62,553 nt of DNA from Pseudomonadota bacterium (GCA_018242545.1 JAFEBT010000003.1:1-62553); one strand, 5' to 3'. Numbered from the stretch's first letter, positions 9,828-19,756 are shown. Notes: generated by a model from the letters alone, not told the origin. Translations and numbers: made by a program.

Positions 9828-11093
9828 TTAAGGTCTTAATTTGAGGGTATCATATACGAGTTCGCCACCCTCTAATGATGTATTTAGGATATCTTCCCCT
9901 TGGGATCCAAACCACATTATGTCTCTCAATGTTTGGAAATCGTGCGGATGAAGAGTTTCAACGGTTAGTGCCGCACTGAGGGGACCTTCCGGTAAATTCA
10001 TGATTCTTAAAGCCTGTTCACCATTCAGACCTTTCAGGCCAAAGCCACCATTCTCAGTTCGGTAATAGGAAAGTTCTTCTTTAAGTGCAAAATCCAGAAC
10101 CTTAGGATACATTTCTGGCCAATCCATCTTAATTCTTGTGGGAGAATTTCTCTCGACTAAAGAAAATAAAATTGGCATAATTAGATGATAATGATTTGTT
10201 CTTAACGTTCTTCGATCAGAATCTACATAAGTATATCTGCCGATAGGATCCGACCATTCAATATCTCCATTCTTATAGTAATCTAGAATCATAGTGTCTG
10301 TTTGGTAATGCGTAAAGGCTCTGCCAAATGGATCTGATTCAAGATGAGAAAACCCATCAGGCGCGGCTGCATATGTCCTCCCCTGAAATTTTGCCTCAAA
10401 ACCTTTCAAAAAAGCCTTTGTCATATCCTCTTGCGTGATCCCCTTAACCCGAATAATTGCTCCTTTAGCAAGCGCTTTATTTTTTGAAAAATACGATATA
10501 GCGATGGGCCACCATTGTGCTCCCAAAAATATTCTCTTTCCATCTGGTGACCAACTTGGCGCCGCGTCTTTTATGCTTCCTTTTATAACTTCTGGCCCCT
10601 GAAATATCTCCGTTCTTCCGATTCTTTTAGGATCTTCAAGTGCAATTTTAGAGTCATAACCCTCCTCTAAATCAAGGAGCTGACGAACGAAGAATTCAGA
10701 AAACTTCTTTTGCATTTCTATTCTCTGCTCTTCTGGAACGGGTGTTTGAAATTCAATGCTTCCTGTTAAACGACCTCTCTCAAAAATATCTCTTTGAGGA
10801 ATTAATTTTTTGACACTTAACGCAAGATCTCCTTCGAAAACATGATTTTTTTGATCATAGATCCCCCTATCAGCGCTCTTTAAGTCTTCAATTAAAACAT
10901 ATCCAGCTCGAGGGGTAGAAAAACGATATACTTCTTTATAGTGTGAAAGATCTTGAGGAACAAAGCGAGAATCTGTTACAGCCAGGCGCATATCTTTTTT
11001 TTCAGGTTTCATTGCATTAAGAGCATCCACAGAAAAAATACCTGTCAAAACAACTATTCCAAATGAAAGTGTTATACTTTTAGTGAACTTCAT
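9828..11093 (-). CDS. Secreted protein m2: family leader on a non-family mature domain with one PD40-like motif
   Basis: Leader is MKFTKSITLSFGIVVLTG. The mature part lacks the array modules but contains APSWSPDGKRIFLG, which resembles a WD40-like PD40 beta-propeller repeat. Confidence 0.7.
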   Translation of the reverse strand: MKFTKSITLSFGIVVLTGIFSVDALNAMKPEKKDMRLAVTDSRFVPQDLSHYKEVYRFSTPRAGYVLIEDLKSADRGIYDQKNHVFEGDLALSVKKLIPQRDIFERGRLTGSIEFQTPVPEEQRIEMQKKFSEFFVRQLLDLEEGYDSKIALEDPKRIGRTEIFQGPEVIKGSIKDAAPSWSPDGKRIFLGAQWWPIAISYFSKNKALAKGAIIRVKGITQEDMTKAFLKGFEAKFQGRTYAAAPDGFSHLESDPFGRAFTHYQTDTMILDYYKNGDIEWSDPIGRYTYVDSDRRTLRTNHYHLIMPILFSLVERNSPTRIKMDWPEMYPKVLDFALKEELSYYRTENGGFGLKGLNGEQALRIMNLPEGPLSAALTVETLHPHDFQTLRDIMWFGSQGEDILNTSLEGGELVYDTLKLRP

Positions 11094-11266
11094 AAGCTTC
11101 CTCCTTGTTCATTTATTTTTTTAAGATTTTTTAGATTTTATTTTTGTTTTGGATTTATTTTTGACTTTTTAACGCGTTTTAATTCTTCTAATAAATCTTT
11201 CTCTTTGTGTTTTTGTTTTAATTTTAAGAAAGGCGTTCTATTCGCCTTTATCCAGCAATCTCCTTT

Positions 11267-12514
11267 TTAGGAGAACTCGTCATCCCCTTCTAAAGACAGA
11301 ATCAGGACTCTTCCATCTTCTTCTCCTACAGGAACCAGAGCAGGAAACGCTTCATTAGATCTTATATTGCCATAATCATCCTTCCAAGATTTTTCTACTT
11401 CTATAAATTTATTAAAGGCTGGCCAAAAATTCTCTAATGAGTCTTTTTCTTTGAAATGAAATTCTCCTATTTCTTTTAGAAATGTTGCATCTGTCATTAA
11501 AGGTATAACATCTCCTGCGCGTATATTTTCCGCATGGACAATTCCGTTATACTCCTTAATAGAAGCATCCATTTCTTTCAGCTTCTCTAGAACATCAGGA
11601 CTTAGGCCTCTTTTAAATCTAACATCAATTCTTGCATCAACAGAGCCTGTTTGCATCAGTTCTTTGGCTAACCTTTGGTCAAAAATTGTTAAATTGTTAG
11701 CTTGAGGATTCCATTGCCACACGGCTCTTCCTCGTTCACGGTCATAACAAAATCCTCCTAGATCTCCAGAAGCAAGTATAAATCTGCGCGCATATAAGAG
11801 ATCATAATCTTTACCTATCAGAGCCCATTCGGGAGAAGCTATTTGATCGGTATATTTTAAATGCGTCTGTATATCACTAGGCCGAAGCGCAACAGGACGA
11901 CTCAAAGCCGCATAAAGCCCGGAGGTGGGCTCATCCAACCAAAGAATTTGGGGATTGACACCTAAGGCCCGGTCATAGTCTGCATGCTTCGCCATACCCA
12001 TTTGATCGAAAAGAAGTTGAGAGAAACCTTCATTTATTCCTTTTCCTTGAAGATATATGTCTCCTCTCACCAAGGAAGATCGTTTATCATTTAAAAAGGC
12101 ATCTATGGAACCTCGAGGTAGGACAAAGATATGATTTTCCACCTGTTTCCCATAATTTTTAAGTGCTGCTTTCGTTTGAAAAGAAGAGGTATCATCCGCC
12201 CTAATATAAGCTATAGCCCTTCTTTTATCTTCTAAAGAAAGTTTCCGATAAACCTTTTTAAATGTTTCAATATCAGAGGATTGAACCTCATAATGATCTC
12301 TGTCTTTTCTAAGTTGCATCCAAGGTCCATTCGCCATTTTTTTTAACTTTTCAAGAGCAGTTAGCTTAAATTTATCTTCGGTATCCATCTCATATCGATA
12401 TAGTGCATCATGTTCCGTTCCAAAAAGTTCAGCATTGAATTTCCCCCCTTTTAATGAAGCGTTGAATAAACAAAGAATACCGAAAGAGATGAATATAATT
12501 TTAGTAAATCTCAT
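11267..12514 (-). CDS. Secreted array paralogue m3
   Basis: Leader MRFTKIIFISFGILCLF. Module A is YEVQSSDIETFKKVYRKLSLEDKRRAIAYIR and module B is GDLGGFCYDRERGRAVWQW..LTIFDQRLAKELM. Only 2 nt separate it from m4. Confidence 0.75.
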   Translation of the reverse strand: MRFTKIIFISFGILCLFNASLKGGKFNAELFGTEHDALYRYEMDTEDKFKLTALEKLKKMANGPWMQLRKDRDHYEVQSSDIETFKKVYRKLSLEDKRRAIAYIRADDTSSFQTKAALKNYGKQVENHIFVLPRGSIDAFLNDKRSSLVRGDIYLQGKGINEGFSQLLFDQMGMAKHADYDRALGVNPQILWLDEPTSGLYAALSRPVALRPSDIQTHLKYTDQIASPEWALIGKDYDLLYARRFILASGDLGGFCYDRERGRAVWQWNPQANNLTIFDQRLAKELMQTGSVDARIDVRFKRGLSPDVLEKLKEMDASIKEYNGIVHAENIRAGDVIPLMTDATFLKEIGEFHFKEKDSLENFWPAFNKFIEVEKSWKDDYGNIRSNEAFPALVPVGEEDGRVLILSLEGDDEFS

Positions 12515-12516
12515 TT

Positions 12517-13497
12517 TTACTCTCCTGCTCCCTCATCGTCAAGCTCATCGAAGAGTTCATCCAAATAAAGCCGACTCTTTCTTTTCGAAATAACCCTATC
12601 AGAAACCGTTATGAAATAAGGATGCATGTTATAATCTTCCCTCGACATTCTATCAATCCAATTAACCGCTCCTTGCGCAGGCATGCTTACATCCAGAACC
12701 TCTCCATTATCTTTTAAAACTTCTGCATCAAAAAGCTTTAATTTCTCTCTCACGTCTTCTGTATTTCGAACAGTAAGAGCAATGCCTGTATTAGGATGGG
12801 CCTTTGCGATGTCATCAACTATTTTATAGGAAAGCATAGGATCATATATATTGACTATTCCTTCTGGTATATGGCGTTCCCATAATTTTCTTCCCTCCCC
12901 TAAGTTGTAACCCGCTTCTTTACCTTGCCCCCATGTATAAGCATAATCTCCAGTCAAAATTGCCTTTTTATAACCTTCTTCTTTCATTCTTTTCCATGGA
13001 GCTTTTCTCCAACCACTTTCTATAAATTCTAAATCAGCCCATGCTAAGCTATAATCCCGACAGACAGTAAAACCTGCAACACCCTCCCTATCTTCAAGAA
13101 GATCTTTTAATTTTCCTTCTTTTACTTTGAAATAAACCCCGTCTAATGTATCTGCATATGGCAGCAAGCGCGCTTTTACACCAGGAGAAACTTCTTTTGC
13201 GAAACGAAATTCAACGTTAACCTTCTCTTTTTCGGCTGGAGTTAATGATTTTAGAGCTTCTAAAATTTTAGGAGCGTCCGTTCCTTCAATCTTATTTTCT
13301 TCAAGATTAATTTTGACAAATGATGTTGCTTTTGTCTTTCTTTCATCAAGGCCAAAAAACGGCATTACTTCAGTTTTAAGCAAAGCAGCTTTTCGATGCT
13401 CGGCTTCTTTTTTCATTGCATCCACTGGGAACAAGGAAAAGGTATTTCCTAAAACGATCATACTTAAAGAAATTATTGTGATTTTGTTTCGCCTCAT
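12517..13497 (-). CDS. Secreted array paralogue m4 (closest to m13)
   Basis: Leader MRRNKITIISLSMIVLG. Module A is IEGTDAPKILEALKSLTPAEKEKVNVEFRF and module B is WGQGKEAGYNLGEGRKLWERHIPEGIVNIYDPMLSYKIV. Confidence 0.8.
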   Translation of the reverse strand: MRRNKITIISLSMIVLGNTFSLFPVDAMKKEAEHRKAALLKTEVMPFFGLDERKTKATSFVKINLEENKIEGTDAPKILEALKSLTPAEKEKVNVEFRFAKEVSPGVKARLLPYADTLDGVYFKVKEGKLKDLLEDREGVAGFTVCRDYSLAWADLEFIESGWRKAPWKRMKEEGYKKAILTGDYAYTWGQGKEAGYNLGEGRKLWERHIPEGIVNIYDPMLSYKIVDDIAKAHPNTGIALTVRNTEDVREKLKLFDAEVLKDNGEVLDVSMPAQGAVNWIDRMSREDYNMHPYFITVSDRVISKRKSRLYLDELFDELDDEGAGE

Positions 13498-13622
13498 CTC
13501 TTTCCTCCTTGTTTTAAACGCATCTTTTATTTTTTCTGCATGTTTTCAGAGGCCTGTTGAGCGTAAATATTTTCTTTTGCGTTCAAAATACCTCTTGTCT
13601 CACAACAGACGTTTTGAAAATT

Positions 13623-14537
13623 TTACTTTTCTCGTTGTATTTCTTTATAGGCTTTCAGGGCCTCTTTCACTTTCAGAGAAGGAATTGCACTTGCTTCAAA
13701 AGAAATGGTAAAATCATCCTTCGCTTTTTTCTCTAACCCTCTAAGGACCTCCTCTGCTTTCATTTTTGACTTTCCGAAACCTGTAAACCCTTCTTTTTTA
13801 TCTCTTCCAATCATTTCTCGAGTATCTTTCGAACCCTCTTGTCCCCAAGAAATCTCGGCGTCAGGAGAAATCCTCTTAAGTATTTCTTTGGAAAGAGCCC
13901 TTCCATAAACAAAGATACGATTGTCTTCAGGTCTATAGGATGCAATTTTCTTTCCAGTTGAATCATAAAGATCCTCTATGTCTGCATTTCTTCCAGACCA
14001 ATAACTATCATGCACCATAATCTGGTCATATGGTTTTATGAAGGAACCCTCTCCTATAAAATTTGGTGTAAAAAGAACTTCTGGGCATCTAAATCCAACT
14101 CTCTTGATTGCTTTTTCAGAAACATCAGGATCCTGAAGTATCGCCCCAAAACCAAGCGCTGGTATGACATAATGATCTTTTTCAAAAGTTTCTCCCTGGG
14201 CTTCAAAGCGTGCTCGAAATTCAGGAGTAGTTTCTATAGGAAGATAAACCTCAACTCTTATTTTGTCTTTTTCGGAAGGAGACATCTTTCCAAGAGCTGT
14301 CATAAGACCTTTCATATCATTCCCTTCAACCCATTGAGTGTTTCTGTCATAAGCAAGATAAGGTTGCTTTATATCAAAAAAGAAACTTCCAACTCCCATA
14401 AAACCTGGTGATGCAAAAGAAGTTACGGCTCCGTTTCCATACATTTCTGTTTGACTCCCCTGCACTGCAGCAGAAGAAAGAACGCCTCCGATCACGAAAA
14501 TACCTAAAGAAAAAGCTGTGATTTTATTATATTTCAT
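13623..14537 (-). CDS. Secreted array paralogue m5 (closest to m14)
   Basis: Leader MKYNKITAFSLGIFVIGG. VEGNDMKGLMTALGKMSPSEKDKIRVEVYL is module A. The C-terminal FTISFEASAIPSLKVKEALKAYKE aligns with m14. Confidence 0.8.
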   Translation of the reverse strand: MKYNKITAFSLGIFVIGGVLSSAAVQGSQTEMYGNGAVTSFASPGFMGVGSFFFDIKQPYLAYDRNTQWVEGNDMKGLMTALGKMSPSEKDKIRVEVYLPIETTPEFRARFEAQGETFEKDHYVIPALGFGAILQDPDVSEKAIKRVGFRCPEVLFTPNFIGEGSFIKPYDQIMVHDSYWSGRNADIEDLYDSTGKKIASYRPEDNRIFVYGRALSKEILKRISPDAEISWGQEGSKDTREMIGRDKKEGFTGFGKSKMKAEEVLRGLEKKAKDDFTISFEASAIPSLKVKEALKAYKEIQREK

Positions 14538-14646
14538 GTTTTGTTCTCCTTGCTTTTTTTACCAATTTTTATTATTTAGATACATTTTGTATACCTGGAA
14601 TGTCCCTCTCATACGTATAAACACCTATATCTTCTACAAATTTGCC

Positions 14647-15504
14647 TCAATTTCCCGGTTGTAAAGCTGTATCTGGAAACTTCATGTATTCTATTCCTCC
14701 TGAAGTCATGAACCCAAAAGCAAGATCCCCTACAGGTACATTTTCCATTTTCAAAGATTCTCCATCTATCGTATAAGAAATTCTTTTTTCATCTAATGTA
14801 GACTGAAACTCTTTGAGGGCATTTACAGAAACCACCTGATCTTCTGGCAAAATATCTATCATTTTCCGCGTTAATCCTTTCCCCGTTACAGTAACTTCTC
14901 CAGTGCCCAAATCATGAATAAGTCTGTCACCAGTTGCAGCATTGAACACAGTTTCCTTTCCCCGTCCGCGTGCAAAAACAACATCTCCCTTCCTAAGAAA
15001 AAAATCAAAGTCTTCATGTCCTCTAAACCATTGCGTCGCAGGCGCTATCTGGGGAGCCAGCATATATATTCCTAATTCAGGATGGCCCTTCCACTGTTTT
15101 ATAAATGCGTCAACCTCTTTTCCTTGAAGCTGAACGGTTTCTCCCTTTTTACGTAGGCCATATTTCCTTAAAAATTTTCGATCTTCAGAAGAGGCATTGT
15201 TATCCAAGCGTATTTCTACAGTAAGGTTTTTCCTTTGTTCAGATGATAAAGAAAAAAAGAGTTTTGAAAACCCATCAGGATCCGTTCCTTCTAATCTTTT
15301 CTCTGTTTTGTCCCAGTATAAATAAGGATTTTCTTTGAGTTTCTTAAAATCAAAAAAAGGCTTTTTGAAAGGGTTGATACTTTTTTCTCTAACTTCAACA
15401 TCCTTCTGTTTATCTTCTTCTTTTCCAGCCTCAAGACTTGCAAAACAAAAAGAAACGCCCCCCATGAGCATAAACACAGCAGTCGTCATCTTAAGATATT
15501 TCAT
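14647..15504 (-). CDS. Secreted array paralogue m6
   Basis: Leader MKYLKMTTAVFMLMGG. Modules seen are LEGTDPDGFSKLFFSLSSEQRKNLTVEIRL, GRGKETVFNAATGDRLIH and EFQSTLDEKRISYTIDGESL. Confidence 0.8.
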   Translation of the reverse strand: MKYLKMTTAVFMLMGGVSFCFASLEAGKEEDKQKDVEVREKSINPFKKPFFDFKKLKENPYLYWDKTEKRLEGTDPDGFSKLFFSLSSEQRKNLTVEIRLDNNASSEDRKFLRKYGLRKKGETVQLQGKEVDAFIKQWKGHPELGIYMLAPQIAPATQWFRGHEDFDFFLRKGDVVFARGRGKETVFNAATGDRLIHDLGTGEVTVTGKGLTRKMIDILPEDQVVSVNALKEFQSTLDEKRISYTIDGESLKMENVPVGDLAFGFMTSGGIEYMKFPDTALQPGN

Positions 15505-15636
15505 TTCCTTCTCCTTGTTTTAAGTTATAATTTCATTGTTTTCTTTTTTATTTTCATGTTTTATGAAGACATCATTTTAAAAAGAACTTATCCAAAACAT
15601 TTCCTTATTTCCCAGGATGGGTTTTTATGAATTGGA

Positions 15637-16770
15637 TTATTTTGAATCCTCTCCTTTCAGCAACCTATTCAGCAGTTTTTCCTTTAAAAGACGCTTTTTT
15701 TGAAAATCCATCACCTCCTTAGAAAGTGTTATTTCTATATCATCCATCCACTCCTCAAATGGAATATCTGCAACTTTAACATCTTTAGAACTCCAATATC
15801 CTTGAGAATCAAGACCCAATGGGATACCATGGGCTTCAAATATAGAAGGAACAACGGACGCACTTGTTTTTTTAACTTTTATATCCACTCTTGCTGCAGG
15901 AGGGAGAGCGGCACTAATATCTCTTGCCAACGGTCCTCTGAAAGTAAATTTTCCTAAGAGAGAGTCATACCCATAGAGTTTGTCTCCCAGCTTTGTATAA
16001 AAAGCTTCTCCCCATCCGCCACGTGCAAAATAACCTCCACCCACATCCCAAAGTATAACAAAGTCCTGTTTCTTCAAATCTTCCGAAATTTTTGAAGGGA
16101 CAATCTTTAAAAAGTCCTCCTTTTCCATGCCAGTTATTTTAAAATCAGCCTCCTCTATCCCAGGAAGGTTGATTAAATTAGAATAATGTTTTAGAAACTG
16201 CTCAGGCGAGATTATATAATCTGTTCCATCATAAACAGCCCCCAAATTTACCAAACTTCTTCCAACTTCAAGTACAGACATATTATATGGAAGACGAATC
16301 CTAACGCTCTTTTCCCATTCTTCTTTACCTGTCACAACACTGCCTGTTCCTAGGACAATATGGTTCTTTTCTAAGCGAGGAGCAGTTGCAACACTTTCAT
16401 CCAGCAGTTGAGAGGCTCTCCTTGAATCTTTTTTTGAGTCCTTAACTTCTACTCGCGCAATCACTTCTAAATAATTTCTTATTTTAGATGCATCTCTGCT
16501 TCTGATCTCCCCTGCATTAAAATCCAATTCTACAGAGGACCTTTCCTTTATTTTCTCATCAGAGGGAAGATTGGACTTTCCATTAAACTGATCTTTAACA
16601 CTTCCCTTAAACATTATATGTTCGAAAAAATGCGCTAGTTCCTCTTTTTCTGATTCCCTCTGCAGCGCCTGTATGGGAGAAAAGGAAGTCCCTATTAAAA
16701 CGCCTGTAATTAAAGAAACTGTCGTAAGCGTATTGATTTTCATAAGATTTCTCCCCGTTTTTAAGGACAT
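15637..16770 (-). CDS. Secreted array paralogue m7 (closest to disrupted m15)
   Basis: The family leader MKINTLTTVSLITGVLIG begins at Met 10, so the likely start is 16743. LPSDEKIKERSSVELDFNAGEIRSRD and GGWGEAFYTKLGDKLYGY are shared with 27440-28281. Confidence 0.8.
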   Translation of the reverse strand: MSLKTGRNLMKINTLTTVSLITGVLIGTSFSPIQALQRESEKEELAHFFEHIMFKGSVKDQFNGKSNLPSDEKIKERSSVELDFNAGEIRSRDASKIRNYLEVIARVEVKDSKKDSRRASQLLDESVATAPRLEKNHIVLGTGSVVTGKEEWEKSVRIRLPYNMSVLEVGRSLVNLGAVYDGTDYIISPEQFLKHYSNLINLPGIEEADFKITGMEKEDFLKIVPSKISEDLKKQDFVILWDVGGGYFARGGWGEAFYTKLGDKLYGYDSLLGKFTFRGPLARDISAALPPAARVDIKVKKTSASVVPSIFEAHGIPLGLDSQGYWSSKDVKVADIPFEEWMDDIEITLSKEVMDFQKKRLLKEKLLNRLLKGEDSK

Positions 16771-16826
16771 TAGTTTTTTGTTTTTTTATTCAAGATTTAA
16801 AAAGAATTCGTTTGATCCTTTCAATC

Positions 16827-17771
16827 TTACATAGCTATATTTGCATTTGCATTTAAAAAATTTGCAATTTGTTTATCTATCTGCTCACTGATCATAACGT
16901 CAATAGAACTCCCATCCGTAAATCTTAGAGCATTGAGTGATTGAAGACCCTCTGCTGCAGGCACATCTTTTACATAAAAACCTGCTCCATTTTCTTCTTT
17001 GTAAACAAAGCCCAACCTCTTATTGCGCTCATTAAAAAGCAGATCATCCAATGCTTCAAATTTTATTTTAACACGTGCATTTGGATCCAGGTTCGCAAGA
17101 ACTTCTTTTGAAAGTATGGGATCCTTAATCCTCACAACACGCTCTTTATGAGAATATTCTATGATGGGTTTTCCAGTTTTCTTATCAAACAGAGACTCAG
17201 TATCTCCTGTAACGAAACCAAAATATCCAGCCCCTTCATAATATTGATCAAAATTTCCATCTTTTAATTTCTTTCCTCCCGCTACATATCCCCAAAAAAT
17301 GTCTTTTGGACAGTTAAATCTTAGAAAAGTTCTTGTTGGCAATTTGTAGAGGGTGTCAGACCATAAAGAGTTAAACTTCTCAGCCGGTACTGTATAAGCG
17401 CCCAATTCAGAAATATCTTTAAATGCTTCTAATTTTCCTTTGACTTCTGGAGCAGGAGAATATCCTTCTGGAATTTCAAACCGAATCTTTGTCTTCTTTT
17501 TTTCTTCCTCAGGGAGTAAAGCGATTACACTCCTCAAGGTCTTTAAATCTGTCCCTGATATCTCACCTTTTGACTTATCATACCTAAAATACTCTTTTTT
17601 CTTAAACTCTAACCATTCGGGGAGTACTTTTCCCGTGGCCTCTATATCGGAAGCCTGCATTGTTTGATTTCTAAAGTCTCTTCTTTCCATATCTACCTTT
17701 GCAGCATTAGAAGAGTCTCCCGCTAAAATTGCTATTCCGAAAGAGAAAATTGTAAATGTTTTCAGTTTCAT
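16827..17771 (-). CDS. Secreted array paralogue m8
   Basis: Leader MKLKTFTIFSFGIAILAG. Modules seen are ISGTDLKTLRSVIALLPEEEKKKTKIRFEI and GDTESLFDKKTGKPIIEYSHKERVVRIKDPILSKEVLANL. Confidence 0.8.
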   Translation of the reverse strand: MKLKTFTIFSFGIAILAGDSSNAAKVDMERRDFRNQTMQASDIEATGKVLPEWLEFKKKEYFRYDKSKGEISGTDLKTLRSVIALLPEEEKKKTKIRFEIPEGYSPAPEVKGKLEAFKDISELGAYTVPAEKFNSLWSDTLYKLPTRTFLRFNCPKDIFWGYVAGGKKLKDGNFDQYYEGAGYFGFVTGDTESLFDKKTGKPIIEYSHKERVVRIKDPILSKEVLANLDPNARVKIKFEALDDLLFNERNKRLGFVYKEENGAGFYVKDVPAAEGLQSLNALRFTDGSSIDVMISEQIDKQIANFLNANANIAM

Positions 17772-17887
17772 TTTATTTTTCCTTTTTTAAAGTTTATCTT
17801 AAACACCTTATTTAGACATTATTTTTTTGTCTTTTAATCTTAAAAAGCCTTTCTTCTTTTCCGAAAAACAATCTTCAAAACCTTTCT

Positions 17888-19756
17888 TTATACTTTAGAT
17901 TCCGAATGCTTTTCGACCTTCTCTTTATCAAAAGAGGATTTAGGAACAGGACGGTCTCCTTCAGACTTGAAAGACACATGTCTTTCTGGTTTTGGATGTT
18001 CCAAGATTTTAATTTCGGCCATTTCTTCAAGCTTATGACGCCGGTCTTCACGGGCTTGCTCAATAGCTTTCTTAAAAATTTCAGCACGAACTTTCGGTAT
18101 TTTAATATCCGCTTTAAGAGCTGTTATTCCGTTTTGTGTGCCAGCTATTGTGAAATTCATGTCGCAAGCACGCTTCTCATCCTCTGCCATATCTGAAAGA
18201 ACAACAAATTTTTCGCCTTTTTTCAAAACACCAACAGTTGTTCCAGTAACAAGATTTTTAAGAGGGACACCTGCATCTCTTAAAGCAACAGAAATGCCTG
18301 TAAGTGCAACGGAATCTGCAGCGCCATCGATTCCCATTATTTCAGAATCAACTTGGACCTGATAAAGAAATTCTTCTTTCAAAGGAAGGACAGGACGAAA
18401 AGCCTTTTCCATAAAAAGGTTAGAGATTCCATCAATGGTGTACAAGCCCGGCCGTCGTCTTTGTTCTATATTTGTCAGAGAATCAAAGGGTATCTTCACA
18501 AGCCATCTCTCATCGACTATAGGTTTACCTGCTTCTCTTTTTTCAAACTTTACCTTTGCTAAAGCTTGGTTTTCCCCTGAGCTCACGAATGCACTTCCAT
18601 CAGCATCCCCTGAAAAAAGCCCAGCCTCTCCTCTTAATTCTCGACTTTCTTTTAATTTACGTTTGTCTTGGCGCTTTCCGTGGGAAATTTCTTCTCGAAC
18701 AATTGCAGCATAAACTGCAAAAAACGCCTTATTGAGCCAAAACTCAGGAACGCCTTTGAAAGCAGGATCTTGTTCTAAATTCTCAAAAGCACCCTCAAGA
18801 AGAACCTTACGGTTTCTCCAATCCTGCTCTTGAGGCACAGCTTTAAGTTCCTCCAAAACTTGAGAGGATACTTTCTTTTTTATGTCTTCAAATGCTTGAA
18901 CTTCAGTCCCATACTTTTTTGTCGCAGGATTCATTCCCGCCTTGTTTGCAAGACGATCCATGGCTGCAATCAAATTCTTAAACTCTTTCTGTCCTTGGGC
19001 AAGGGCCTCTAAAACGGATGTTTCAGGAAGTTCATTTGCACGGCCCTCGATTGTTACCAAATCACGCACTGTTCCCGTCAAGAGCATGTCGAGATAAGCT
19101 TTCTTTCTTTCTTCTATCTTTGGATTAATGACATAGTTCCCATCTACCAATGCAACGCGCGCTGCACCAAAGGGCTCTCTTATTGGAACGCCGGAAAGTT
19201 TTAAAGCTGCAGAAGCCGCTAAAAATGCTGCAACGTCACGATTTTCATGGCCTTCCAAAACGTCACATGTCACAGTCATGGGACGCGCCCATCCTTCAGA
19301 TAAAAGAAGAGAAATGGTGCGTTTTAGTTGATCTGCTACATTTTCTTCAACCTCCTCAAACACTTGAGGTTTACCAGGTATTTCTTCTTGCTTTTGAAAA
19401 GCTTCAAATCCTGGTGTGCGATAAGACACCATCAGGGGATCAAAATCGGGCGCTGCTATTTGGGGTTTACCAATATCAACAGTCGCCAAAACAGTTGTAC
19501 CTCCTAATCTTACAACAGCTGATCCATCGGCTTGTCTTGCAAACCCTCCCGTTTCAATACTGAAAGGTAATCCTCCAAAGGTGGTTTCTTCCCGATAAAC
19601 ACGCGAATCGTTAAGAAACATTTCCAAGCCTTTTTTGTCTTTTTTTTCTTCATTTAAAGAATCTTGATCAGACGCAAAAGAAAAATTGAGCCCTAAAAGA
19701 AATATGCTTAAAGTGGTCATTGTTAAGGTCTTGAATCTCATAGAACTTCTCCTCAT
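17888..19756 (-). CDS. Signal-peptide-bearing PNPase-like protein: two RNase PH-like domains, no KH or S1, degenerate catalytic motifs
   Basis: LPFSIETGGFARQADGSAVVRLGGTTVLATV and GVPIREPFGAARVALVDGNYVINP match the PNPase first core. DAGVPLKNLVTGTTVGVLKKGEKFVVLSDMAEDEKRACDMNFTIAGTQNGITALKADIK matches the second core. The N-terminus MRFKTLTMTTLSIFLLGLNFSFA-SDQ is the array leader. Confidence 0.85.
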   Translation of the reverse strand: MRRSSMRFKTLTMTTLSIFLLGLNFSFASDQDSLNEEKKDKKGLEMFLNDSRVYREETTFGGLPFSIETGGFARQADGSAVVRLGGTTVLATVDIGKPQIAAPDFDPLMVSYRTPGFEAFQKQEEIPGKPQVFEEVEENVADQLKRTISLLLSEGWARPMTVTCDVLEGHENRDVAAFLAASAALKLSGVPIREPFGAARVALVDGNYVINPKIEERKKAYLDMLLTGTVRDLVTIEGRANELPETSVLEALAQGQKEFKNLIAAMDRLANKAGMNPATKKYGTEVQAFEDIKKKVSSQVLEELKAVPQEQDWRNRKVLLEGAFENLEQDPAFKGVPEFWLNKAFFAVYAAIVREEISHGKRQDKRKLKESRELRGEAGLFSGDADGSAFVSSGENQALAKVKFEKREAGKPIVDERWLVKIPFDSLTNIEQRRRPGLYTIDGISNLFMEKAFRPVLPLKEEFLYQVQVDSEIMGIDGAADSVALTGISVALRDAGVPLKNLVTGTTVGVLKKGEKFVVLSDMAEDEKRACDMNFTIAGTQNGITALKADIKIPKVRAEIFKKAIEQAREDRRHKLEEMAEIKILEHPKPERHVSFKSEGDRPVPKSSFDKEKVEKHSESKV

